Source: a bacterium
GTDB lineage: Bacteria > UBA8248
Length of the DNA stretch: 64,000 nt
NCBI GenBank assembly: GCA_965207065.1
Contig: OZ242260.1
Location: 3,232,001 to 3,296,000, forward strand
Direction of reading: 5' to 3'
Part shown: one piece after another, positions 9,908 to 23,442 of the stretch
Layout of the letters: each line of letters starts with the position of its first letter
Numbering within the stretch: position 1 is the stretch's first letter
The notes under the pieces: generated by a model
The model's input: the letters and a program-made list of their open reading frames with translations, nothing else
The model's database searches: none
Told to the model about the DNA's origin: nothing
Program-made: the position numbers and the translations under genes

Positions 9908-11083
9908 TTGAGCGAACATCTACTGCCGTCCGGATATCGCAACGCTCTTCTCATCGATCTGGACATCCTGATTCAAAATTATACAAATCTGACGAGTCTG
10001 CTTGCCTCTCGAGAACCGTTTGCCGTCGTGAAGGCGGAGGGCTACGGACACGGAGGCGTAGAGGTCGTTCGCGCTGTATATGAAGCGGGCGCCAAATGGT
10101 TCGGTGTGGCGGCCCTCGAAGAGGCGGAGGCGCTTCGGACTCATGAGATGGGAGATGGATTCGGCGATGCGCGTATATTGGTGATGAGCGATACGTTGGC
10201 GTATAACGCGAAAAGGCTGGTCGATGCGGATTGCGACGCCGCCGTCTGGCGCATGGATCAGGTGGAAGGCCTGGCGAGCGCGGCGAGAGAAGCAGGTAGA
10301 AAGGCGAGAGTCCACGTCAAGGTGGATACGGGGATGGGGCGTCTGGGGTTGCGCCCGGCGGAAGCCGTCGATTTCTTCGAGAAGATCTCCCGAGAGGAGG
10401 GAGTCGAAATTGCCGGGTTGATGAGCCACCTCGCCCGGGCGGACGAAGAAGATGGAGAGGCAGCGACGGGCGCGCAAATTCGCGAGATGGAGGCGCTGGT
10501 CCATGCGCTTCGGGAGAAAAACCTGCTTCCCCCCTATGTCCACGTGTCGAACAGCGCGGGTTTGTTGAATTATCCCCGGGCGCCCGGCAATCTGGTGCGT
10601 CTGGGCATTGCGCTTTATGGGGCCTCGCCTCAGTTTTCCGGGAGCGTAACTCTCAAGACCGCCATGACGTGGGTGGCGAGAGTGTTGCAGGTGAAAGAGA
10701 TCGATGCGGGCCGGCCGGTCGGTTACGGTGGAACTTATGAGAGAAACACTCCCGGTCGAATCGCAATCGTAGCGACGGGATATGGAGATGGCTATCCGCG
10801 CATTCTTTCCAACCGTGCGGATGCGCTGGTCGGCGGCGTCAGGGTTCCGGTGGCGGGGCGCGTATCCATGGATATGCTGGCGCTGGATGTGTCTAAAGTA
10901 GAAGGCATCGCGCCAGGGGACGAAGTCGTCCTGCAGGGTGAGCAGGGCGATGGTGCCGTCAATTGCGAGGAATTGGCCGACAGGGCCGAAACGATACCCT
11001 ATGAGATTATGTGCGGGGTGGGCGTCCGCGTCCCGAGAGTATATTTAAGAGAGGGCCGGGTGACCCATGTGCGCAAGTTGTAG
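9908..11083 (+). CDS. alr: Alanine racemase
   Basis: AVVKAEGYGHG, HVKVDTGMGRLG, GYGDGY, GRVSMDM, TIPYEI. Confidence 0.95.
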   Translation: MSEHLLPSGYRNALLIDLDILIQNYTNLTSLLASREPFAVVKAEGYGHGGVEVVRAVYEAGAKWFGVAALEEAEALRTHEMGDGFGDARILVMSDTLAYNAKRLVDADCDAAVWRMDQVEGLASAAREAGRKARVHVKVDTGMGRLGLRPAEAVDFFEKISREEGVEIAGLMSHLARADEEDGEAATGAQIREMEALVHALREKNLLPPYVHVSNSAGLLNYPRAPGNLVRLGIALYGASPQFSGSVTLKTAMTWVARVLQVKEIDAGRPVGYGGTYERNTPGRIAIVATGYGDGYPRILSNRADALVGGVRVPVAGRVSMDMLALDVSKVEGIAPGDEVVLQGEQGDGAVNCEELADRAETIPYEIMCGVGVRVPRVYLREGRVTHVRKL

Positions 11084-11115
11084 TGAATAGTTGCCTGAAC
11101 TGAACGAGAGCGGCC

Positions 11116-13070
<1,955 letters not shown>

Positions 13071-13093
13071 GCGACTGATTCTTAATGCCTTTG

Positions 13094-13122
13094 TTGACAA
13101 TGAGCGGGGGCTTTGCTACGAA
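13094..13122 (+). promoter_or_regulatory. Possible sigma70 promoter for yajC-secDF
   Basis: TTGACA-17 nt-TACGAA with a TG extension; the -10 element is weak. Confidence 0.3.
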
Positions 13123-13172
13123 GCCTTGGCTATGATGACAAGCAGGGCGTTTTTTCCATGGAGACATAGGGA

Positions 13173-13568
13173 ATGTTGGATTCATTAGCGGCATGGTTGG
13201 CTGATTCTTCTGTGGCGTATGCCATGGCTCCTCCTTCTGGCGGCGGCGGTGGCTCACCCAGTTTCCTGATTCAACTGGCGCCGTTCCTGATGATTTTCGC
13301 CATCATTTATTTCATCATGATCAGACCCCAGCAGAAGAAACAGCAGGAAATCCGCAGGATGCAGGAGGCTCTCAAGCCTGGAGATCAGGTAGTCGTGAGC
13401 GGGATCCTGGGTGAAGTTCTGAGAATCAAAGACGATATCGTAACGCTGAAAGTGGACGAAAACATGCGTATTCGCGTTCAAAGGTCATTTGTGACGGTTA
13501 TTCCCTCGAGCGCGAATGCGGAGCAGGCCAAGGCTCCCCAGAAAGAACAACCAGAAAAACAAAAGTGA
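13173..13568 (+). CDS. yajC: Preprotein translocase subunit YajC (start uncertain)
   Basis: YFIMIRPQQKK, LKPGDQV. Confidence 0.93.
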   Translation: MLDSLAAWLADSSVAYAMAPPSGGGGGSPSFLIQLAPFLMIFAIIYFIMIRPQQKKQQEIRRMQEALKPGDQVVVSGILGEVLRIKDDIVTLKVDENMRIRVQRSFVTVIPSSANAEQAKAPQKEQPEKQK

Positions 13569-13643
13569 AGTCATTTCACCTTCACTCGGTGAAATGGTTT
13601 TCGGTACGGGTGGCATGGAACCATCCGGCGTAAGGAGAGTTTC

Positions 13644-15194
13644 ATGAGGGGTGTAAGCTGGCGGGCGGCTGCGATAGCCATCGTTATCGTCGTTTCCGCG
13701 TTTTATCTGATTCCACCGGAAGAGCGCATCAATCTCGGGCTTGATTTGCAGGGCGGGATTCATCTGGTCCTCGAGGTGCAGTCCGAAAAAGCGGTGGAAT
13801 CGAAAATGAGCCGCTACTTCACCGAGCTTCGAAACCGCCTTTCGTTAGACGACATACGGACCCGTACCTTCAAGCGCGACGGGTTGAGACTGACCGTGAC
13901 CCTGCATCGTCCCGGTGACAGGGGCCGTTTCCTCTCCATGATGCAGAACTACCCGGATCTCACCCTGGAGCGGGAAGAGGGCAAGCCGCCGACGTTCGCC
14001 TATTTCCTCTCCTCACAACAGGTGGAGCGCACGAAAGAGCAGGCCATCATTCAGGCGCTCGAGACGATTCGGAACCGAATCGATCAGTTCGGCGTGCGTG
14101 AACCCACGCTCCAGCGACAGGGAGAACGTCGCATCATCATCCAGCTTCCGGGAGTGGAAGACCCCTCCCGGGCGAAGTCTCTGATCGGCAAAACGGCGCT
14201 CTTGGAGTTCAAGATGGTGGACAGTCAGGCCAACGTCGCGAGTGCGCTGGAAAGGGGTCGTTCGCCCGAGGGACTGCAGCTTTTGTATGAAGTATCGAGA
14301 GACAGGCAGACGGGCGAGGTGATCGAGCGTACGCCCCTGCTGGTGAAAAGAGAAGCCGCCCTGACCGGCGATAATTTAACCGATGCGCGCGTGGAAATCG
14401 GAGACCGCTTCAACCAGTCCTACGTGGCCATTGCGTTCGATTCCGTGGGGGCGGATGCGTTCGACCGCCTTACGGCGGCCAATGTGGGCAGGCGCCTCGC
14501 CATCGTGCTCGATGGTGTCGTTTACAGCGCGCCCGTCATTCAGGAGCGAATCAGCCAGGGCAGGGCGCAGATTACGGGGAGTTTCACGCTCGAAGAGGCG
14601 ACGGATCTGGCGATTGCTCTGAGAGCGGGCGCGCTCCCCGCTCCCGTGGAAGTGCTGGAAGAAAGAAACGTCGGTCCATCACTCGGAGCCGATTCCGTGC
14701 GTCAGGGTCTCATCAGCATCATCGTAGGTTTCGTTCTCGTTCTGATATTCATGGGTATCTATTACAAACTGAGCGGCGCAGTGGCCATCATGGCGCTCCT
14801 GTTCAACCTGTTGATCCTCATGGGTGCGCTCGGATTCTTCGGCGCCACACTTACCCTGCCCGGCATCGCAGGCATCGTGCTGACGGTCGGTATGGCGGTC
14901 GACGCCAATGTCCTGATTTTCGAGCGCATCAGGGAAGAATTGCGCCTGGGGAAAACAATCCGCTCCGCCATCGAATCGGGATACGGCAAAGCCTTCCTCA
15001 CGATTCTGGACGCGAATATAACGACGCTCATCGCAGCACTCGTGCTCCTGCAATTCGGGACGGGACCCATCAAGGGATTCGCCGTTACCCTGAGCATCGG
15101 CATCGTGGCGAGCATGTTCACCGCGATTTTCGTCACCCGATTCGTATATGACTTCTTCTTGTACCGAACCGACGTGAGGAGTTTGAGCATCTAA
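13644..15194 (+). CDS. secD: Protein translocase subunit SecD
   Basis: LGLDLQGG, RIDQFGVREP, VGPSLG, GMAVDANVLIFERIREE. Confidence 0.97.
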   Translation: MRGVSWRAAAIAIVIVVSAFYLIPPEERINLGLDLQGGIHLVLEVQSEKAVESKMSRYFTELRNRLSLDDIRTRTFKRDGLRLTVTLHRPGDRGRFLSMMQNYPDLTLEREEGKPPTFAYFLSSQQVERTKEQAIIQALETIRNRIDQFGVREPTLQRQGERRIIIQLPGVEDPSRAKSLIGKTALLEFKMVDSQANVASALERGRSPEGLQLLYEVSRDRQTGEVIERTPLLVKREAALTGDNLTDARVEIGDRFNQSYVAIAFDSVGADAFDRLTAANVGRRLAIVLDGVVYSAPVIQERISQGRAQITGSFTLEEATDLAIALRAGALPAPVEVLEERNVGPSLGADSVRQGLISIIVGFVLVLIFMGIYYKLSGAVAIMALLFNLLILMGALGFFGATLTLPGIAGIVLTVGMAVDANVLIFERIREELRLGKTIRSAIESGYGKAFLTILDANITTLIAALVLLQFGTGPIKGFAVTLSIGIVASMFTAIFVTRFVYDFFLYRTDVRSLSI

Positions 15195-16123
15195 TGGAAA
15201 TTATCCGGCCAGACGCATCATACGACATCATCGGCAAAACAAAGCTCTTCGTCGGCATCTCCACTGTGGTCGTCTTGTTGTCCGTTCTTCTGCTTATGAC
15301 CAAGGGTATCAACTACGGCATCGATTTCACCGGCGGCACGCTGGTTCAGGTGCAGTTCAAGGAAGCCAAGCCGATCGGCGACGTGCGAAGCGCCGTCGGG
15401 GGGCTTTCTTTGGGCGATACGGTCATCCAGAATTTCGGCTCCGAGGGGGAGTTCCTGATTCGTGTGGAGAAAAGCTCGGGCGACATCGAGGGTGTCGAAT
15501 CCGTCGTGAAAACAGCGCTCATCAAAAAATTCGGCAAAGAAGCATTCGAGATGCGCAGAACCGAAATGGTGGGCCCAAAAGTGGGCGCGGATTTACGCCA
15601 GAAGGCGCTGAGCAGCATGCTCTTCGCCCTCATCGGCATTCTCATCTACATCAGCTTCCGGTTCCAGTTCCGACAGGCGATAGCGTCGGTCGTGGCGCTT
15701 TTGCACGACGTCATCATCACGCTCGGCGTTTTTTCCTTGTCAGGCAAGGAGTTCACGCTCCCCATCGTGGCGGCCGTCTTGACGATCATCGGTTATTCAT
15801 TGAACGACACCATCGTCGTGTTCGACCGCATTCGCGAAAATACACGGGCTTCGAGACGCGCCGAGTTATCCGGGCTCGTCAACAAATCCATCAACCAGAC
15901 TCTCTCCCGTACGCTGCTCACCTCCGGGACGACTTTGGTCGCCGTGCTGGCGTTCCTCATACTTGGTGGCGATATAATCTCCGACGTGGCGTTCGCGCTG
16001 GCAGTGGGCATTGTGGCCGGTACGTATTCTTCCATCTACGTGGCGAGCCCCATCCTTCTCGCATGGCCGGAGCCGGCGCGCCGAGGCTCCAGAAGCAAGA
16101 GAAGTTCCACCGCTAAAGCCTGA
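15194..16123 (+). CDS. secF: Protein translocase subunit SecF
   Basis: GIDFTGGT, GYSLNDTIVVFDRIRE, GTYSSIYVA. Confidence 0.97.
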   Translation: MEIIRPDASYDIIGKTKLFVGISTVVVLLSVLLLMTKGINYGIDFTGGTLVQVQFKEAKPIGDVRSAVGGLSLGDTVIQNFGSEGEFLIRVEKSSGDIEGVESVVKTALIKKFGKEAFEMRRTEMVGPKVGADLRQKALSSMLFALIGILIYISFRFQFRQAIASVVALLHDVIITLGVFSLSGKEFTLPIVAAVLTIIGYSLNDTIVVFDRIRENTRASRRAELSGLVNKSINQTLSRTLLTSGTTLVAVLAFLILGGDIISDVAFALAVGIVAGTYSSIYVASPILLAWPEPARRGSRSKRSSTAKA

Positions 16124-16261
16124 GTAAATCCCGGGAAAGGGCAGAGGGTGTTTCTGCCCGGAAGAGCGTTTACACATCCCCGCCTAGGTAATGAAATCCT
16201 CTCTCAGAGTTATCACTCCATAGAAGATTCCGTACTGTCTTAGGTTCTGGGTTCTGAAATT

Positions 16262-17465
<1,204 letters not shown>

Positions 17466-17479
<14 letters not shown>

Positions 17480-18404
17480 TTCCTCCGGCTAGAATTTGAA
17501 GGAGAATCTTCTGGGCGTGGAGCCGGTTCCCGGCCTGCGTGAAGACGACGCTCCTGGGGCCGTCGATCACGTCCGCCGTCACCTCCTCTCCCCTGTGCGC
17601 GGGGAGGCAGTGCATGAAAACGGCGTCTTTATGCGCATGCCGGAAAACTCTCTCGTTTACCTGGTATGGGGCCAGGGCTTTCTGGCGGCGTTCGTTCTCA
17701 TCTTCCTGTCCCATGGAGGCCCACACGTCCGTATAAACGGCGTGGGCGTCCGCGCATGCTTCTTCCACGTCCTCGGTGATATGGATTTGCGCGTTCGATT
17801 CTTGCGCTGAACCCAGGGCCTGCTCCAGGATGTTGGCGTCTGGCCAATACCCATTCGGACATGCCGCGCTGACGTGGACGCCGATTAAAGCGCCTACGAT
17901 GAGCAGCGAGTGCAGCACGTTGTTGCCGTCTCCCAGATAGGCGAGCTTAAGGCCATCCAGTGCGCCGTAGTGCTCTCTCATCGTGAGGAAATCGGCGAGC
18001 GCCTGGCAGGGGTGGTGGAGGTCCGTCAGCCCGTTGATGACGGGGACGCTCGCGTTCGCTGCGATTTCCTCCACGCGCGCGTGCGCATACGTTCTGACGA
18101 CGATGCCGTCCACGTATTCGCTCAAAACCTTTGCGCTGTCCGCAGGGGTTTCCCCCCGGGCGATCTGCGTGTCGTTCGGCGCCAGGAAAATGGTGCTGGC
18201 CCCCAGTTGGGTGAGACCCGCCTCGAAGGAAACCCGTGTCCGTGTGGAGTGCTTCTCGAAGATGAGCGCAAAGTTCTTTCCCGACAGCGCAGGGCGGAGT
18301 TTTCCTTGCGCCGTTTCTTTTTTCTGGACGAGTGCCTCTTCGATGAGTCCGATAGTCTGCGCGGCGCTCAGTTCCTCGCCGGTCAGGTAGTCGAGCTTTT
18401 TCAT
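17466..18404 (-). CDS. argF: Ornithine carbamoyltransferase
   Basis: STRTR, HPCQ, DVWASMG, FMHCLP. Confidence 0.96.
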
Positions 18405-19594
18405 TTCACAAGATCCGAGAGGGCCTCATCGAGGAAATTCATCAGCTTGTCGATCATCTCTTTTTCCACGACGAGGGGAGGTATGAGCCGGATGACCTTC
18501 TGGACGGCCACGTTGAGCAAAAAGCCCGCTTCCAGGCCCTTCGTGACGATGGAGGTCGCGTCCACGTCCACCTCGCAGCCGATGATCAGGCCCTTGCCCC
18601 TGATATCCTTGATGATGGCGTGCCGCGTCGCCAATTCCTCGAGTCCGGCGGTGGCGTACGCTCCCATCTCCTGTACGTGTTCGAGGAATCCGGGCGCGGT
18701 GATGGCGTCCATCGCGGCGCACCCAGCGGCGGTGGCCAGGGGGTTGCCGCCGAACGTCGCCGCATGATCGCCCGGTTCGAACGCCATGGCCTTGTCCGAT
18801 GCGACCAGCGCGCCGATGGCGGTTCCGCCCGCCAGGGCCTTCGCGAGACTCATGGCGTCGGGCGCCACGCCCTCGTGCTCGTACGCCCAGAGTTTTCCCG
18901 TCCTGCCCAGTCCGACCTGGACCTCATCGAAGAGAAGCAGCAAATCGTTCGCGTCGCAAATCTCACGCAAGCCTTTAAGGTAGCCATCGGGCGGCACGTT
19001 CACGCCGCCCTCGCCCTGGATGGGCTCCACCATGATTGCGCAGGTATGCTCCGAAACCGAGGCGGCTACGGACTCCACATCGCCGAAGGGCAGGTAGCGG
19101 AACCCGGGCAGCAGCGGCTTGAAAGCCCCGTGAAATTTTTCTTGACCCGTGGCGGTGAGCGAGGCCATGGTGCGGCCATGGAAGCTCATGTCGAAGCTCA
19201 GTATCTCGTGGCGGCCTTCCCCGTATTTATTGAACGAATACTTTCTGGCGAGCTTGAGCGCCGCTTCGACGGCTTCGGTGCCGCTGTTGCAGAAAAACGC
19301 CTTATCGCCGAAAGAGAGCCGGTTCAGCCTTTTCGCCAGCTCTATCTGGGGTTCGATGTGGTAGAGGTTCGAGACGTGGATCAGCTTTCCGGCTTGCTCC
19401 CTGATGGCGGCCACCACGCCGGGGTGGCAATGCCCGAGATTGCACACCGCCAGGCCGGATACGAAATCCAGATACTCTTTCCCGTCCGCATCCCAGGTGC
19501 GGCAACCCTCGCCACGGACCAACGCGATGGGGTAGCGCCCGTAGGTAGGGGCGACGTTGAGTTCGGCGTCCGAGATCAGTGTGGCGTTGTCCAT
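18401..19594 (-). CDS. argD: Acetylornithine aminotransferase
   Basis: FCNSGTEA, FHGRT, DEVQ, AKALAGG; probable ATG at 19594; lies between argB and argF. Confidence 0.93.
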   Translation of the reverse strand: MDNATLISDAELNVAPTYGRYPIALVRGEGCRTWDADGKEYLDFVSGLAVCNLGHCHPGVVAAIREQAGKLIHVSNLYHIEPQIELAKRLNRLSFGDKAFFCNSGTEAVEAALKLARKYSFNKYGEGRHEILSFDMSFHGRTMASLTATGQEKFHGAFKPLLPGFRYLPFGDVESVAASVSEHTCAIMVEPIQGEGGVNVPPDGYLKGLREICDANDLLLLFDEVQVGLGRTGKLWAYEHEGVAPDAMSLAKALAGGTAIGALVASDKAMAFEPGDHAATFGGNPLATAAGCAAMDAITAPGFLEHVQEMGAYATAGLEELATRHAIIKDIRGKGLIIGCEVDVDATSIVTKGLEAGFLLNVAVQKVIRLIPPLVVEKEMIDKLMNFLDEALSDLVK

Positions 19595-19614
19595 GCTTTT
19601 CCCCAATAAAGAAG

Positions 19615-20490
19615 CTATCTGACGATTTGCGTGCCCACGCCTTCTTTCGTGAACACTTCGAGCAAAACAGCGTGTGAAACCCTTCCGTCGACGATGTGGG
19701 TTTTCGTGACGTCCGATGAGAGGGCGTCCAGACACGCGTCGACTTTCGGGATCATCCCGCCGGTGATGATTTTCTCGTCTTTGAGCCTGTTGACATCATC
19801 GCGCTTCACGGTGCTGATCAGGTTTTCGCTTTCATCCAGAATGCCGGGCACGTCCGTCAGGAGGATGAATTTTTCCGCATGAAGCGCCCCGGCGATGGCG
19901 CCCGCCGCCGAATCGGCGTTGATGTTGTAGACGTTGCCGTCCTGCCCAACGCCCAAAGGAGCGATAACGGGGATGAAACCGCCATCGGTAAGATGGTGGA
20001 TGATGTCGGGCCGTATGGCCAGGACCTCGCCGACGCGCCCCAGGTCATATTCCACGTCCTCTCCGCCGGGCCCTTTTCTGTTCATGATCAATTTCTTCGC
20101 CGTCGTAAGCCCTGCGTCCGATCCGGAAAGGCCCACGGCGTTACCCCCGTGCCGGTTGATGAGTCTCACGATGCTCTTGTTCGTGGCGCCGGAAAGCACC
20201 ATCTCCACGACGCCGACCGTTTCCTCGTCCGTCACCCGGAGGCCTTCGATGAACTCGCTGGTCTTGCCGATTTTCTTGAGGGTTTCGCCGATTTGAGGCC
20301 CGCCGCCGTGGACGACGACCACGTTGATACCCACGTACTTGAGCAGCACGATGTCCTGGGCGAAGGGGGCGTGAAGCTCCGGCTGCACCTGGGCGGCGCC
20401 GCCGTATTTGACGACGATGGTCTTGCCCGCAAACTGTTGGATATAGGGCAGCGCTTCAACGAGCGTCGCCGCCCTGTCTCTTGGTTCCAT
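19615..20490 (-). CDS. argB: Acetylglutamate kinase
   Basis: EALPYI, KYGG, VHGGGP, NINAD, GGMIPK. Confidence 0.96.
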   Translation of the reverse strand: MEPRDRAATLVEALPYIQQFAGKTIVVKYGGAAQVQPELHAPFAQDIVLLKYVGINVVVVHGGGPQIGETLKKIGKTSEFIEGLRVTDEETVGVVEMVLSGATNKSIVRLINRHGGNAVGLSGSDAGLTTAKKLIMNRKGPGGEDVEYDLGRVGEVLAIRPDIIHHLTDGGFIPVIAPLGVGQDGNVYNINADSAAGAIAGALHAEKFILLTDVPGILDESENLISTVKRDDVNRLKDEKIITGGMIPKVDACLDALSSDVTKTHIVDGRVSHAVLLEVFTKEGVGTQIVR

Positions 20491-20593
20491 GTCTAAACCT
20501 TCAAAAAGAAACGATGAAATACGGGTCTCTCGTCATAAGCCGAGAAATATACACTTCCCCGAGGCGCAAGGCCAAGGGGGAAGGGCAGAAGGT

Positions 20594-21952
20594 TTAGAGA
20601 ATATAACGGCTCAAGTCAAGGTCTTCGACGATGTCGCTCAAGCGCTCGCGCACGTAGGCGGCGTCTATCTCCACGTTTTCGCCGGACATCTCGGGGGCCC
20701 GGAAAGAAATTTCCTCGAGAAGCCGCTCCATGATGGTGTGGAGTCTTCTGGCGCCGATGTTCTCGGTCTGCTCGTTGATGCGGAATGCGAAGTGGGCCAC
20801 TTCCTTCACGGCGTCTTCCCCGAACGTGATGTTGACGCCCTCCGTCGCCAGAAGAGCCGGGTATTGGCGCACAAGCGCGTTCTCGGGTTCCTGGAGTATG
20901 CGGATGAAATCATCGCGGTCCAGGGAGTCGAGTTCCACGCGGATGGGGAAACGGCCCTGCAGTTCAGGCAGGAGGTCCGAGGGCTTGGCCATGTGGAACG
21001 CTCCCGCCGCGATGAAGAGGATGTGGTCCGTCTTCGCCGGGCCGTACTTGGTCTGTACGGTGGAACCCTCCACGATGGGGAGCAGGTCTCTTTGCACGCC
21101 TTCGCGCGAGACGTCGGGGCCGCCTCTTCCGTTGTTCTGGGCGGCGACCTTGTCGACTTCATCGAGAAACACGATGCCGGACTGCTCGGTGCGTTCGATG
21201 GCCTCGGCGTTCAGGTTGTCCGGGTCGATGAGCTTGTCCGCCTCATCCTGGGCGAGATACTCGAAAGCTTCGGGCACCTTCATGCGCCTGCTCTTGGGGG
21301 CTTGAGGCATGAAGTTTCCCATGATTTCCTTCATGTTGATCCCGATTTGATCCATGTCGTTCCCGCCCATGAAATGAATTTCGGGGCCTTTATCCGCCAC
21401 TTCTATCTCCACTTCACGGTCGTCGAGTTTGCCTTCGAGCAAAAGGGCGCGAAACTTCTGCCGTGTTCGCTGGTAGCTTTCCTCGCCGAGCGGGTCCTTG
21501 GATTGGCCCCGCTCGTCCATCGCGCCGAATCCGGGAGGATGCGGCAAGAGCATGTCGAGGAGCCGCTCTTCGGCCAGTTCCTGGGCTTTGGCTTTGTTGA
21601 TATCGCGTTGTTCTTCCTGGACGATGTTCCGCGCCAGTTCGACGAGATCGCGAATCATGCTCTCGACGTCCCGGCCTACGTAGCCCACCTCGGTGAATTT
21701 GCTGGCTTCGACCTTGATAAAGGGGCTTTTGGTTAGCTTGGCCAGGCGTCTTGCGATCTCGGTTTTCCCTACGCCGGTGGGGCCTATCATGATGATGTTC
21801 TTGGGAGCCACGTCCTCCGCCATCTCGGGCGGCAGTTGTTGTCTTCGCCAGCGGTTTCTGAGCGCAATCGCCACTGCTCGTTTGGCGTCCTTCTGGCCGA
21901 CGACGTAGCGGTCAAGTTCCTCGACGATTCGAGTAGGCGTGAGATTTTCCAT
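20594..21952 (-). CDS. hslU: ATP-dependent protease ATPase subunit HslU
   Basis: [32 protein letters not shown]-terminal DLSRYIL. Confidence 0.98.
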   Translation of the reverse strand: MENLTPTRIVEELDRYVVGQKDAKRAVAIALRNRWRRQQLPPEMAEDVAPKNIIMIGPTGVGKTEIARRLAKLTKSPFIKVEASKFTEVGYVGRDVESMIRDLVELARNIVQEEQRDINKAKAQELAEERLLDMLLPHPPGFGAMDERGQSKDPLGEESYQRTRQKFRALLLEGKLDDREVEIEVADKGPEIHFMGGNDMDQIGINMKEIMGNFMPQAPKSRRMKVPEAFEYLAQDEADKLIDPDNLNAEAIERTEQSGIVFLDEVDKVAAQNNGRGGPDVSREGVQRDLLPIVEGSTVQTKYGPAKTDHILFIAAGAFHMAKPSDLLPELQGRFPIRVELDSLDRDDFIRILQEPENALVRQYPALLATEGVNITFGEDAVKEVAHFAFRINEQTENIGARRLHTIMERLLEEISFRAPEMSGENVEIDAAYVRERLSDIVEDLDLSRYIL

Positions 21953-22500
21953 CAAAGGGTTTCCACTGAAATGTTGCTGTTGGTGTAGATGCAGATATCA
22001 GATGTGATTTCCAGAGATTTTCTTACGATTTCATCTGCGTTCAATTCAGGCTCCAGACTTAGGATTCCGCGCGCGGCGGCGATGGCCATGGGGCCTCCGC
22101 TGCCGATACCAAGCACGCCGTCATCCGGCTCGATGATGTCTCCCGTACCCGAGAGGATGAGCGAGGTATTCTCGTTCGCCACTGCCAGGAGGGCTTCCAG
22201 GCGGCGCAAGACCCTGTCCGTCCGCCAGTCCTTGCCCATCTCCACGGCGGCGCGGGAGAGGTTTCCCCGGAATTCTTCGAGCTTGCCCTCGAAGCGCTCG
22301 AACAGGGCGATGGCGTCGGAAGCCGAACCAGCGAAACCGGCGAGGACTTTCCCGTCGCCGAGCTTGCGGATTTTCACGGCGCCGTGCTTTACCGCTGCAT
22401 TTCCCATGGTGACCTGCCCATCCCCGCCGAGAGCAGTTTGTCCTTTATAGCGTAGAGCGAGAATGGTTGTGGAGCGAATAACTTCACCTGGCGTCGTCAT
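21952..22500 (-). CDS. hslV: ATP-dependent protease subunit HslV (short propeptide before TTI)
   Basis: TTILA, GDGQVT, GFAG, GSGG, ICIYTN. Confidence 0.97.
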   Translation of the reverse strand: MTTPGEVIRSTTILALRYKGQTALGGDGQVTMGNAAVKHGAVKIRKLGDGKVLAGFAGSASDAIALFERFEGKLEEFRGNLSRAAVEMGKDWRTDRVLRRLEALLAVANENTSLILSGTGDIIEPDDGVLGIGSGGPMAIAAARGILSLEPELNADEIVRKSLEITSDICIYTNSNISVETL

Positions 22501-23442
22501 CTATCGCCCTCGTTCTTGTTTCTTCTTTGCCCTGGGGTGCGCATCGTCATATACGGCGCGCAAATGAGAAAAATCCACCTGTGTGTATCTTTGTGTCGTG
22601 GATAGGCTTGCGTGTCCCAATAGTTCCTGAATCGATCTCAGGTCGGCCTCCTGGCTTTCCAGCAAATGCGTCGCCGCCGTATGGCGGAGAGCATGAGGGG
22701 TGAAATGATAACCGAAACCGCCTTTTTTTTCATACGCAAGGAAGATGGAACGCACGAAGGCCGGTGAAATCCGCTTGTTTCGTTTGTTGATGAATAGGGG
22801 CGTATCCTCGTGAGGAGCTATTCCTGCTTGCGCGAGATGGTTGTCTACAGCCTTTTCCGCTTCTTTGGTGATGGGTACGATTCTCTCTTTTCTTCCTTTC
22901 CCGCGAACGCGGATGAGTCTTTCCGCCATGTTCAAGTCGGAGCGGTTCAGCCCTGTCAATTCGCTGACGCGCAGGCCCGAGCCGTAGAGAAGCTCGAAGA
23001 TCGCCTTGTCCCTCATGCCTTCGGGGGTCGAAGTATCGGGCATCTCCATGAGGCGGACAGCGTCATCCACGGGCAGGAAGGTAGGCAGGGGCCTGTTTTC
23101 TTTGGGAGAGGGGACCTCTCCCGCCGGGTCGGATAGGGGGAGGCCCTCTCGCCTCAAGAAACGAAACAGGCTCCGTATGCTCGATAGATGCCGATTCACC
23201 GTCGCAGGGGAGACTCCCTTGCGGTACAAAAATCCGAGGTAGCCTCTGACGGCCAGAGAGTCGATTTCATCCAACGGAACCGGCTTCTGCGCCCAATCGG
23301 TGAGGAACTCATCGAAATCTTTCAAGTCCGCCGCGTATGCGCGAAGCGTGTGTTCTGAACTGTCTCGCTCATCGCGCAAATGCGCTTCAAACAACTCCCG
23401 AGCTTCGCTCAGACAGTTTGTGAGTCGAGTTTGCTTCGCCAT
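22501..23442 (-). CDS. xerC: Tyrosine recombinase XerC
   Basis: GLRVSEL, GKGRKER, HALRH, LLGH...TTQRY; topA-trmFO-xerC-hslVU synteny. Confidence 0.9.
   Translation of the reverse strand: MAKQTRLTNCLSEARELFEAHLRDERDSSEHTLRAYAADLKDFDEFLTDWAQKPVPLDEIDSLAVRGYLGFLYRKGVSPATVNRHLSSIRSLFRFLRREGLPLSDPAGEVPSPKENRPLPTFLPVDDAVRLMEMPDTSTPEGMRDKAIFELLYGSGLRVSELTGLNRSDLNMAERLIRVRGKGRKERIVPITKEAEKAVDNHLAQAGIAPHEDTPLFINKRNKRISPAFVRSIFLAYEKKGGFGYHFTPHALRHTAATHLLESQEADLRSIQELLGHASLSTTQRYTQVDFSHLRAVYDDAHPRAKKKQERGR

Noticed and set aside
20489-21736. 415-aa ORF antisense to hslU, and similar long antisense ORFs over argD, cysK and the class III aminotransferase
   Set aside because: They mirror well-supported genes and are expected from codon bias.
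22501-23442. Tyrosine recombinase as a phage or island integrase
   Set aside because: Size, motifs and topA-trmFO-xerC-hslVU context indicate housekeeping XerC.
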